A stretch of DNA of 64,000 nucleotides from Flectonema sp. DT1601 (Eukaryota). This document shows positions 36,187 through 47,836 of this stretch, in pieces (position 1 is the first letter of the stretch; each line of letters begins with the position of its first letter). The translations under genes were made by a program, and so were the position numbers. The notes under the pieces are model-generated. The model made no database searches and was not told where the DNA came from. It saw only the letters and a program-made list of their open reading frames with translations. The stretch is from NCBI GenBank assembly GCA_964019425.1, contig OZ025782.1, positions 1,054,001-1,118,000 on the forward strand, read 5' to 3'.

Positions 36187-36470
36187 TTATCCTTCTCTTC
36201 TGAGATGCTTTGCTCTTCTCTTAATTTGTGAAGAGCCTTCGTTTCCACTTCCACCGCTTCCTTCTTCGTCTGATCCTTCAGATTTTGAGCTGTTTTGAAT
36301 GATTGTTTCTGGTGTGAGAACACACTTGTGTATTTATTATTAAAACAGAATAATAATTTAACATACGCTGAGACAGCTGCCTTAGGTGATGATGATTTAA
36401 AGATAAAGAAAATGATCACCAGTACGAGGAATCCTATGACATAGGCACTGCAAAAAGGACATTCAGCCAT
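36187..36470 (-). CDS. 68-aa single-pass membrane microprotein (spliced)
   Basis: Intron 36290-36366 (GTATGT..AAACAG) gives MAECPFCSAYVIGFLVLVIIFFIFKSSSPKAAVSASKSEGSDEEGSGGSGNEGSSQIKRRAKHLRREG*. The acceptor choice is inferred. Confidence 0.6.
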
Positions 36471-36694
36471 GTTTTTAGAGAATGAGAGTCTGAATGAATA
36501 AGAAGATGAGGATCATATTTTCAATACAAAAAAACAACCTAACGAATAATAACATCAGGCAGTGCCTAACTTGCGTATGATAATAATCTGCTTGCTTTAC
36601 AAGCAACAGTGACAATGATGTCACATCCAATGACATAACAAAGAAACTAATTGTTTTTTACTACAGCATACGTCCGTATTGGACGCTTTTGAGA

Positions 36695-39600
36695 TTACAT
36701 TCCGTCTTGTTCATCAGGAAAGATGGTATCCTCGCTTTTCTTATTTAATCTGCGAATCCTTTCATTCATCGTTGCTTGGCGTACACGCTGTTTTGGGATG
36801 TTGTTTAGATAAGTCATCGTTAGCATCATTCAATAAAGAAAAAAAAAACCAAAGAGACATACCCCAGCATGAGCGATGGTATCGCGGTGCGATATACCAG
36901 TACCTGTTTCCAACCAAGATTTAACAAATGACTCCTGTTGATTGTTGGTTGTTTTTTTTTTTTTCGTCGTGCTTCACGTACCCGACTAAATAAAACATAA
37001 AAAATCATACTTGGTCAGGAGTCCATGCACCTGGATGATCATGCGTGTGAGCGAAGTCTTTAGAATAGTAAGGTTTTGAAACATCAAAGTCGTCAGTTTT
37101 ATTACGTGAGGCTTCCATGGCCATGTAGGTAGATGAGCGGCTGTCGTGTTGTGTCTCTTTCTTTGCTGTCGTGACATCTCTCCTGTTAGAGAGAATCTTA
37201 TCAAAAGATTCATGTTCAGGTGAGAAGTTCGCTCGAGGGTTAGTCTTCGCGAATTTAAGCCACGCAGCCACTTTATTGTCTCTTCTGATATCCGACGGGT
37301 TTTCTAAATCGACGGGTTGGTATCCCATCTGTGCCAATGCTGCCATTCGATCTGTCTTCGATTCACCAACAAGAGTACCATCGATATTAACTCCAGAGTC
37401 TGAATCTGGAAATGAAAACCCATCAGGTGTCAACCCTGGAGCGTGAATCTCTTGACCAGGTTGCTGAAGTACTTGGCGTTCAGTAATTGGTTCAGAATGG
37501 TAGAGAGGGTTCTCAATTGAAAGTCGTCGACTTTCAAGTAGGCGAGCTCTTCGGATAGCATCTCTTTTAGGACCAGTGCTGCTTATGAGTCGCTTTAATC
37601 TATTAGCGAAACCTGAGGTCATCGCAAAACCACTTCTCTCCATAGCAGTCATGTAATCGAGTGCTACATCAACAGATCCTTCTCTTCCAGTTCTAACGTG
37701 AGCGAACATTAAACTCTCGTAAACAAGACGATGAAGTTTAATACCACTCATCGTAACCTCAACAAATATCTTCTCAGCGTCATCAAGAGCTTCAGGGTCT
37801 ATTTCTGTTACAGTCTCTGCTGTTAATGCTCTGATATATGTTCCTGATAGAAAAGGATGTTTCTTCGATACTTCTCGAACCTCATTCCATAGCTCTCTAA
37901 GCTTTTCTGGTTGAAAGTTTGAAACCAACTGTAACAAACTATGAACTGTTCTGTTAATAGGTCCGTCATGCTTTTTAGCAATGTGATAAATAGCCATTCC
38001 TTGCTGGTACATCTCTTCTCTCCATTGGTCTATTGGAGCTGGTTCGTGATGATCTCTCTCCCACTGTTCACGTTTCTTATTACACCAAGCATACTTACCA
38101 ATTGCTACTTCTCCAACCTTTGGAGGACACGAAGAGGCGTATGACATTATTACCTGAAGTTATTATTGATAATGTTATTAGTTATGTATATTAGGAGGAT
38201 AAGATAACAACAAAAACAACTTGTAGACATACAGCAGAATACACGCGGTCATTGGGTGGTAGCTTTCTCTTCCTCATTGTAACAAACCATTCTCTTACTC
38301 GCTCAACGTCTCCTCGGCAAGCGTCTGCCCACATGATTGAGCTGTAAACTTTTACATCCCACGGTATACCTGTGATGTGTGTTTGTGTGATTTATATTAG
38401 TGAAATAGACACTAAATAATAATAATAATTCATACCAACATGTTTCATCTGATTTGCGGTTTCCATGAATTTGATGTACCACTCTGATTCTGATGTCAGG
38501 TAGACCATCGGCAGTAGTACAGACATGAAATGAGCTCTCATAGGTTCAAGTCTATAAACTTCAGTCATTTCATACATACTATTTATAGCACGTCTTACTG
38601 CAGTCTCTCTGTCGACACTATGATTAGAACCGTGAGCTCTTATTGTATATAAAAAAGTAGTGTGGTCGGGTGAAAGGTTTGCGTACATTCGAATATTCTC
38701 CCCAACCTTCAAAGCAGACTCAGAATCACCAGCATACGAATAGCATCTCATTAAATTATTCCAGGTATTTAGAGAAGGGGTAATTCCCTTACTCTTCATA
38801 CTCTCTACTGTGTTGTATGCTTGTAGAACATCTCTACAGCTGCCCAGGGAATGGATGTATGAATCCCAGATGGATGTATCTTCTTTACTTTCTAGTTCAA
38901 AATCTCTTCTCGCTAAGTCCCAGAAGTATTGAACGTATTTCTTGTCTCCAGTAAACCCAACAGATTCTATTATCATAGGCCATGCTTCCTGCACGAGTTC
39001 CTTCTCACAAAGAACTGCCACTGCCTGCAGCGTCTGCGATGTCGTGAGCGCCTTTTCCTTCTGACGTTGTGGCAGGCGATGAGTTGCTAGAATGTCGTAG
39101 TTAGGACTCTGAGAGACATCCTCTCGGTTATCGTCCAGAGAATTCTCAAGTGCTGAAGCAAAGGACTCATCGATTTCACTAGTGGTTTTTATTTCTTCAA
39201 CTTCACTACTGATTTCCATCTTTTGTGTAGTGTCTTCACATTCAACTGTTGAAGAAGGAATCACTTCCTCGTTGTCGAGTTCCTGTTGACTTGATTGAAG
39301 AGCATTCTCATCATCGACAGTATTTGATGATTCCTCTTGTTCGGATAGCAGCTTCATACTCTGTGATTGTAGTGTCGCAGAATCCGATGACTTATCAGTT
39401 GGTGGTTCTAACAATAAAGGAGAAGAGAAGTTATCAGAAATCAGAAGATCATGTTCTTCAATAGACATTCCTTCTAACCTTTCGAGAGTCATATTCGGAA
39501 GAGAGAGCAGCCTATCAACAAGTGATGTGAGTACCGGAAAGGACTCTGACAAGAACAGCTTTCTACTAGTCAGCTTACTCGATTCCTGTTTGTATTGAGT

Positions 39601-40059
39601 TGCGTTATCGTTGATGATTATACGACATTAAACAAATAGAGAGAAGGAAAATAAACATCGCACTACAAGAAGAAGACATACAGGTACAGGCATCAGGTGG
39701 GCATATCTAACTTTACGTACAATTTCATCGAAGTTAGGAGGATGAGGAGGAAGTTGTGAAGTCGGGTAGCTACCTTCCTGATACATTCTCTCATCTCTTT
39801 GATTAAGTTGTTCTCGTGAGCCAGCTTTCAGATGGCCGTTTTCCCAGTCAGAGAATCGTTGTGAAGCTCTTGTTCGTATTTCATGTTCTTCCCTTTCATT
39901 TTCAAAAGGATCAACCGATTCATGTTGTAACATTCCATCAGCTAAATCAGTGTGCAATTTAGAGTTCGTAGCCGGGTCGGCATATTGCCTTTGTTCCTCA
40001 TCAACGATCCTTTGAGCGGTTTGTTGTACGCTTTGCAATAATCTCCGACATCTCCGCAT
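36695..40059 (-). CDS. Pentatricopeptide-repeat (PPR) protein, probably mitochondrial
   Basis: PPR motifs (GITPSLNTWNNLMRCYS, PDHTTFLYTI, WDVKVYSSIM) and an Arg-rich presequence MRRCRRLLQS. Introns 39586-39681, 38370-38435, 38154-38232, 36935-37010 and 36788-36862 join the ORFs in frame. Confidence 0.88.
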
Positions 40060-40465
40060 TTGGTAACTACAACAGGGAAGTAAAAATAAAATTCAAAACT
40101 ACCCCACAACACAAGCACACAGAGCAAAACAGCCGTGAAGGATGTGAAAACATTCTTCACGTCTTCAAGTAACATTACGAACATGTGTAAGTAGAGCTTT
40201 CAATTTTAACAAATAACATACAGCGGGGCGGAAGGGGGGTAACTTGATAACTGTAATTAAATAAAGCAACTTGAAAACTGGCTAAAACTAAATTAAGGTT
40301 TGGCCAAGGGGTGATGGAAGTTTATTTTTCCTTTGACAATTAATCTCATGAAGCGAATAGAAATTATTCACACAGTGTAAATCAAGAAGACCAGGTTGCT
40401 CCCGAACACAAGATTGCTGAATTCACTTCCAAGCACAAAGACTTACGTGTGTAGATCTACACTTG

Positions 40466-40567
40466 CGATTTGCACGCAACGGACTTCGTCCTATCCAGTG
40501 CGGCTTATGGGTTCGACACCCTAAACCTCACACACATGTTGGAGTCCTTGGTCCGTGTTTCAAGACG
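40466..40567 (-). pseudogene. LSU (28S) rRNA-derived fragment, internally collapsed
   Basis: The minus strand reads CGTCTTGAAACACGGACCAAGGACTCCAACATGTGTG..GGGTGTCGAACCC.., the conserved core after D2 (NL4/LR3 primer site). It is followed by CTGGATAGGACGAAGTC and CGTGCAAATCG. Confidence 0.85.
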
Positions 40568-40882
40568 TAGTGCAGATCACTACGTCTGCTGTGTGTGCTG
40601 CATTAATACGGGAGATAAACACAGGAAGGGAAAACAAGCTCCAAATCCGTTCATTATTTATTAACCAACAGAGTTGGATTATCACACGATACTTGCTCAT
40701 CAAGTCTCAAAGAACGGGAAGACTGTTCTCGTTATTTCTTCTTTTCCCTTAACAAATTAACCAAAATAATAATACTCTTTAATCAGATTCGGAGAACAAA
40801 AAAAAAAAAAAAAAAAAAAAAAAGAAGAAGGGAACTCGTCCTAACTAGCTGTGAATACCTAAATACCTTCTTATAATTGTTA

Positions 40883-43800
40883 TTATTGTATAGTAGCAGA
40901 AGCGTCTGTTTGTTTAATGTGCAGTATTCGAAGTTGTTTAAGTAAGGATGAGCTTGCTTGAACAAGAGAGATTGTTTCGTCTTCGTAATTTCGCTGAGCT
41001 TGAAGTCGATTTTGAATCTTTTCTTCGAAGTAATGCTGCGCAGAAGACTCTCCTTTCAGTGTTCGAGTTGTTTTATCATTCGATGCGACGAGTCGTTGAA
41101 GCTGTTGTTGATTTTTATTTTAGAAAACACCACACAGATCTCCCCCAAGTTCCCCTTTACATCATTGATATTAATCATACCTTAATCTGATTTGCCGCTT
41201 CTATTTTCTCTTTTCGATTTTTTAATGATGTTTTCTCGATAGTTATTTTATTCTTTTCAGATTCCTTGAGACCGCGATATCGCAGTTGAGATCTGTTTTT
41301 TTTCTTCTTCTTTTGTTTTGGTAGTTCCGAACTACCCCTTAAAACTTGTGAGAGACATACTTGTGTCCGAAGAGCTGCTGTCTAGCGTCCTTAATAGCGG
41401 TTCGTTGATCTTCTCTGGCAGATCGAACAGTTTCCTTCTTTTGTGAAAGTTCAATAATAGCTAGTTTACTCTTTAGGTCTAATTGTGTAGACAAGTCAGC
41501 CTGTTGTTTAAAAACGAATTGTTGCTTCGCATCATTCGCAGACTGCCGTTCACCTGATCTCTGAATGGATCCCAACTTCGCCTGCAGCAGTCGGGTTTTG
41601 TTCGACCACCAGCGGTAATCATATTCTGCTGCCTTTTGACATTTTTGAACAACAAGACTGCGGCTTCCACGAAGTGCAGAAAGAGATTTCGAAGACTTAA
41701 TCCCAGGAAGAAGTAACTTACTCCGCGATGAAAGATAAGAATAAGAAGCAGCTGTCCGAGGGGCTCCAAGAGGTGCAAGTTGTGTTTGAGTTGGCATCGG
41801 TGTAGAAGATCGAGGTGGCTGAATTGGTATGGGCTCCTCTTCTCCAAGTGAGTTCGCAAAAGGACTTCTCGTCATCGGAGGAGAAAATGAAGGAGATTGT
41901 CTCCCTCGTTGAGGGCTGTTCATGTCTGCCCAAGTTGAACTAGTAATCTCGTCTTCTTTCTTTTTGGGTTTTGTTTTCGATTTTACTTTCACATTCCCAG
42001 AGGAAGTCTTCTTCTTCCGAAGAGTCTCAACCTTCAGTAAGGAAACAGCAGATCTACAATACGACTGTAAAATAATAACTCCTTCTCTACGAAGACAAGA
42101 CTTTAAGTCTTGCTCCGCAAGGTGTCTCTCAAAGTGACAGGAAGGGTAGAGTTGCGAAGACTGTTTTTATTTATTTATTTTCATAATAGAGGAAACACAA
42201 TACAAGTTATTACGAATACTGTTGACACCACACACCAATTCAACAGCCATCTTAAAGTAGTTGTTACCAATTTCTGGAGATTCGTGCATCCGAAGGTGTC
42301 CAAGATATCGAAGTGCGCTAACTTTTATGGGAGATGATGGTGTTGATGCGTCAGTCAGCTGTTTTATTTTATTTCGTTTATTATTAAAACAACAATGTGA
42401 TTCCCACATGAAATAAAACAAACCTTCTCAAAAGCTTCCACCGCAGTAACATAATCTCGTTGTGATGAGAGACTGAAAGACTCAATTGCCATAAAGTGAT
42501 TTAGATAATTGAACTCCGCCAATGCTAAGGTGATCTCAGGAGTAGAGGAACCTTCACAAAGGCAAAGCCCTCTCGAAATGACATCAGCTGCCGCTTCGAA
42601 CTTGTTGTTGTTAACAAAAACGGAGGCCTGAAGGGCTAGTGAAGGAACGACTTCGCAGTCTGAAGTTTTCGAGTTATCAATTAGAGCAACCAGTTGATCA
42701 GCATAGCTCTCAGCCTTCGCAATATTGTCGAAGTGTTGTAATAACCTTATTAGTTGAGTTAATAACGTCAGGAGTTCTGATTTTAATGACCTTTCCTTTT
42801 GAAATATAATTTCAAGTTGAGAAGCAGATTCTTGAAGTTGTTTTATCGATTCTAAATTATAATTAAACATCGCCATCCTTGATGTTATTCTAACTTGTTC
42901 TAATTCATCTTTTGGTGTCGTTGAGACTGCTTCCCTTCTAGTGGATACCGCTAATTGGTATGCCTTCAAATCAGTTTTCTCTGAACTACGTGCTATGATT
43001 TCATAACACACACTCAACGTATACAATTCTTCTTCTTCACTGAGCATCTCTTCTATTTCTGATTTCGATGTATTCTCAGCTTGAACCTGATGTAGCAATA
43101 AGAGTGTTGGAGGAATGCTGCAAGTTTTCTGTTGTTTTTTTTTTAATATTTTTTGCTTAAATAGTTCTTCTGGTTAAACTCCTATTTTTATTAAGAACAT
43201 ACAACATCAACACTGCGGACCAGATCTAATAATTGTGGACGAATCAGATGAGTTGCTACAGATTTTAGGAGTACTGGCGCGGTTGAGACAACCTGTTAAT
43301 TGATTTTATATTTGCTACTTGTTAGGGAGAATTAATAAACTGAAATCAGTACTCGGCTATTACATACCTTGTGGCTGACTGTTGCCAATCCAAGTAAGTC
43401 TCCAAGGTATCTAATAAATGATTTATGAATGCCTCGTGGGATAGGTGGCGGAGAAAAGTTAAGAATCTCAGTAGTGAGAGGTGTGATTAATGAAGAAAAG
43501 ACTTCTTCGTCTTCTGTAAGAGCGGTATGAAAATATCGATTGCAGTAGGCGAGGAGCGCATCGTCTTCGACGTTTTGCCGACCGAGTTCGTCAGATCTTG
43601 ATAAGACTTCAGAGACAGCTACTTGTCGAACACAACGAGCAACAACAACAGCGATTAGAAGAGATCTAATTTTACTATCAGTCGACTGTAGTACTTCAGA
43701 TGAGTTTATTAAAAGTCCAATACAATTGAGAGGAATACCGTTGTTGTTTAATTCATTTATCACAAAAGGAAGCTCAGGTGCTTTACAACTCAAAAGGGAA

Positions 43801-44696
43801 GTCTCAACATCTGAAAAGGTCTTCTTCAGAAGTTCTTCCTTCGTTTTTTCACTAAACGGATTTCTTGCTGCCAATACTAACGGACAGTCGTCTTTAAATA
43901 ACTTACTCTGAGGAATGAAGTAAAAGAATCCTCCTTCACTGTGAATAAATTGGTGTTCACATACTTCTCTTCCAAGTGATACAGATATCTTTCTTAGGCA
44001 GTACGTTCCACGAGGAGTGTTTGTAATTACGTTGGAATCATCAGAAAGACGTATCTTAGCAGCAACTAGAATCCTCTTCGTTCCATAAGTGAAATAATTA
44101 CAAAACGGTGTAGTAAATGATGAATTACTATTGTTATCATAGAGTAGTACGCTGGCTACTGCTGCGCTGTTTCTCGCAACGCGAGAAGGAAGACTTGGTT
44201 CAGATGACAAGTGAAATATTAGATTCGCGCAGCTATAAAATCCAACAGGAAATCCATTTGAAGCCTCTTGGATACCTCCCTCAGCAGTCAGAGTCTTTTC
44301 TTCCCAAAACAGTTCTTGAGCTATCGTTTCAACAATTGGTTCGATTTCTTCTTTGAATGCGTCAACAAAGTTTTGAAGAAGTGTTTCCTTTTCACTGTAA
44401 GAACATCTGCTGCTTAAGATATGTTGATATTCATCATTCCAGTCCCTTAGAACGTTTCCGACATCATCTTCTTGAGATTGAGAACCGACTGCAGTAGTCA
44501 TAATAGGAGATTGTTTGCATAAGTTTATATAATTAGAAATCCAAACATCCTCTGCATCGTCACTACCTGTCCCTGACTTACCTTTCTTATAAAATTCACA
44601 CCATTCATCACTCTTTGGAGGTTCTAAGGAATGTTGAAATGGGATTCCAATAGCGGTACTTCTTCTTCTACCACGTCTCTCCTCTCCCCCTTCCAT
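40883..44696 (-). CDS. CLU-like domain + TPR-like helices + IQ-like motif + coiled coil, ~1125 aa
   Basis: RDWNDEYQ (CLU-type motif) and ILQSYCRS (IQ-like). Six introns (43293-43367, 43129-43202, 42359-42423, 42161-42235, 41293-41360, 41102-41180) join four ORFs and small exons in frame. Confidence 0.75.
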
Positions 44697-45084
44697 CACG
44701 TTCTCCGCGTTCTAATAATCGACGTTAGTATTGTGTCTGCAAGTAAATATCACTATGTAGGTTTTAATTTTTTTTTTTTTTTTGAATAAACAAACAGAGT
44801 CACAAGTTTCGTATAGTTTCCTGTGAGATGAATGATTATTAATACAAAAGCTCCCTCGCAAATCCACAACTTACGGATCAACAGACGTACAGAAGTAACT
44901 GAGTACGGAAATGGCTCCTAAAGAGCGAAAATACCATTTGAACCGGACAGCAAGTCGTGAAGGAAGTGCAATATGATTGAGAAAACAGCCAACTTTTTAA
45001 GTGATGACAACGAACCTGACACGAATATGGCGACAGACGCTGTACCTTTTTTTGTTGCAAAAAAAGTAACAGATTCAAACAGGT

Positions 45085-46579
45085 TCATCTCGCAATACCA
45101 ACAACGAGATTTCCCTGTTGTGGGCGAACAGTCGTAAAGAACAATTCAACAACAAGATCTTCTCGATAAGTATCGTGTTTAGTATCCTTACAAGCTTTAT
45201 CGAGGTGAGCCTTGTCTAGTCGAACAGTTTCGGGAGCAAATCCTGTTTTGAATTGGTTACAGTGAGAATCTCATAAAGATACTACAATAATATTTATCGC
45301 AGTACTACACAAACCTGTATTGAGCCAAAGGTGGAATAAATGATCTTCTCCTCTGAAGATTCCGGCCTTCGCTTTGAAAACAAATTTGATGTCACCGCAA
45401 AGTTGAATTTCACGACCTCGGCCAGCCAACTCCCATTCGTATCCCCACTCTCGTTGCGCCTGTTTTTATTTGTTTAGCTGAAATGTTCTCTATTCGAAAT
45501 GCAACCCCGCAACAAGTAGGCTAGAGCAAAGAGAAGAAGTCGGGAATTCACATACCAACTTCGTTGGGAGTCTCTTCCGTGAGTCGAGAACCTCTGAAGT
45601 TTGTCCTTCGAGAACTAAAAAATACGGATCACAGCCTCCGTGTTTTATCGACCCGTGAACAACCACCCTTTCGAGGCGGAGTTTTCTTGGGTTTGGTTCG
45701 CAACTGTTATGCTGCGTCAACATGGTTTCCCAATATCGAACGTATCTGTAGCGAGTTAGTTGTTATCTCTGTTAATGATCGCTTGGAGTGAAGTAGTTTT
45801 GTTGAAAACAAAAATAAATAAACAAACCTGATTTGTGACGGAATAGTCACACCTTTCCCATCGTGAGTACGAGAGTCTCCGAAACATTTTAGCGCATCGT
45901 CAGCTTTTCTCAAAGTGCTATTTGTTGACATTAAGAAAGCGGCGATCATAACTCCAGTTCGACCTTTTCCTGCTTTACAATGGATCGCTAAAACATTGAG
46001 AGGGTCTGCACCAAGCCATTCTGCAGCGTCTTCACAAAAAGTTGGAATTATTGAAATAGGAGATGGAGGGTTGTGATCATCGAATGGGAATCTTCGATAC
46101 GCTCCTCCAAATCTATTTTGATGATCGTACTGTCTCTCACTGCAGAGATTATAAACTCTGTAATGGTTTTTGTGACGAGTTTCGAAGAATCGTTCGACTT
46201 CATCAATTGGGTTTCTGTAGTAACCTTCTGTACCGTGACTTGGAAATCCCATAGCGACTATACGAGGGGTGATGTAGGTCAGATCGAGGTCAAAACCGTC
46301 TTCTTGGAATCGAATTTTGTTTTGACTGACCATACCACGTAGAGTACTCGCTACACCTCCACCTACTGCACCTTTTGTACTTTTAGCTGCTTCTGCTTCT
46401 CGTATTTGTGCTTCTGCTAACACTCGTCTCTTCATTTTAACTATTTCAGCTTGACCCAACATATCGACGCAGTAATTACAGTGATTGGTCATTATGTGAG
46501 GTGGAAAAGTTTCGTTACAGAATGGACATCTCGCAAGAATTGATGTCTGACCTGCTTCAGCCGCCCCATCCAACGACAT
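45085..46579 (-). CDS. PTEN: PTEN-like phosphoinositide 3-phosphatase with N-terminal UBZ-like zinc finger, 414 aa
   Basis: VSQNKIRFQEDGFDLDLTYIT, FDDHNPP, HCKAGKGRTG and GVTIPSQIRYV, then the C2 domain GDIKFVF..FHLWLNT..LDKACKD. Introns 45746-45827, 45460-45555 and 45243-45314. Confidence 0.95.
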
Positions 46580-46821
46580 CTGCTCCTCTTTTAATACAAC
46601 GTTGCTTTTTAATTCGCCATTTATATATTCAAATCGTTTTAATAACCTATATAAAGTGGGTAACATAAAACTTATCTCAAAAGTTATTCATCTTTGATAG
46701 GTTTCAAACAACAGAGGTCTTAAACAAGTTTTTTCTTAAAAATAAAAATACAAAAACTCTTTTCTTTTTCTACTGCATCTGTAGTACTTGGGCCTTTCGG
46801 TAAGTTTTGGGGATTTTTTTC

Positions 46822-47000
46822 TAGTTAGTTATCAGTGATCAGTCGATAAAAAAAAATCAATTGCAAAAAGAATTCGGGCAACAAACACACGATAGTTGGG
46901 GTTCGGGCTAAAATTAAAAAAAATCGTTCTTCCGACCATTCTCCTTACCCAGCTCTCTTCAACGAAGAAAGTAAGAGGGACTGCGGTGCCAGGCCTGGCC
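46822..47000. repeat. Dispersed repeat family D with hairpin (second copy ~55710-55910; partial copies ~32430-32515, 57019-57090, 62320-62392)
   Basis: TTATCAGTC..(A)n..TTCGTAGGACAACAAAC..TTCGGGCTAA..GACCATTC.CCTTACCCAGCTCTCTTCA.CGAAGAAAG.AAG.GG..CTGCGGTG.CAGGCCTG. Confidence 0.85.
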
Positions 47001-47836
47001 TACTCATCGTGTTTGCCCGTCTCAGCAACGGGAATACGTCAACAAGGTTATTTTTTTTTTACCATTTAACAGAGTTCCCGCTATAAATATCAACTTATGC
47101 GGGATGTCAACTAATGAGTGGCGCTGAGTTATGTTTAGGGGAGTAGCTTGATAGGGGGGGATTTGGATAAATAAATCAAAGGCGGGGAGATGAACAACAA
47201 CAAAAATAAAAAAGTTCACTCATTCTCAGACGGATGATAATGTGTCCGAGTTTCATTCTTGAGTTTTTATAAAAATTCACACTAATAAATCACAAAAAAA
47301 AAAAAAAAGAAAAAGAAAAAAGGTATAAAAACACATTGTTTTGCTGTTCCACAAAACTCTGTGGTTTTAATTCTAGTTAGTTATATTTGATTAGGATTCG
47401 TTTCGAAAAAAATCATCGAAAATAATATCCATCAAACTTGCCAGGAAAGGCAAGCATATGTTAGCTTTTTTTGATTAGCTGTAAGTAATCTCTTTTAACT
47501 AATTGTCTTACGTCGATGAGGAGCAGATTTTTTTCATTCAATATGTATCATAATACAGTTGTTATCAACAAAAAATCCAGTTGAATAATAATAGTCACAA
47601 AATATTGATGAGCCTCATGAAGCAACAAAAATAAAAAAAAGAAGAAGAACAAGAAAAAAAAGAAAAAAAAAGGATCACGAAGGATTCAAACAGAATCAGG
47701 CCAACTGCAAAAAAAAGAAAAGGGGACGTCGAAGATGCTTTAAGCACACCCTGCCAACGGTTTATCACTTCAGCAAGTGAGCGTACATTAAGAAGATGTC
47801 ATAATTGTCGCCACGCACTTGATCATTCTAGGACTA

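Noticed and set aside
40505..40525. GGTTCGACACC, resembling a tRNA B-box
   Set aside because: No cloverleaf or A-box; it is the antisense of the rRNA fragment.
44700..45085. Possible PTEN::CLU fusion
   Set aside because: The PTEN last exon ends in TGA at 45085 and no open frame links it to the CLU gene.
1422..46666. Stop-codon reassignment or non-canonical introns as the cause of fragmented ORFs
   Set aside because: The fragmented genes were restored using standard-code translation and canonical GT-AG introns.
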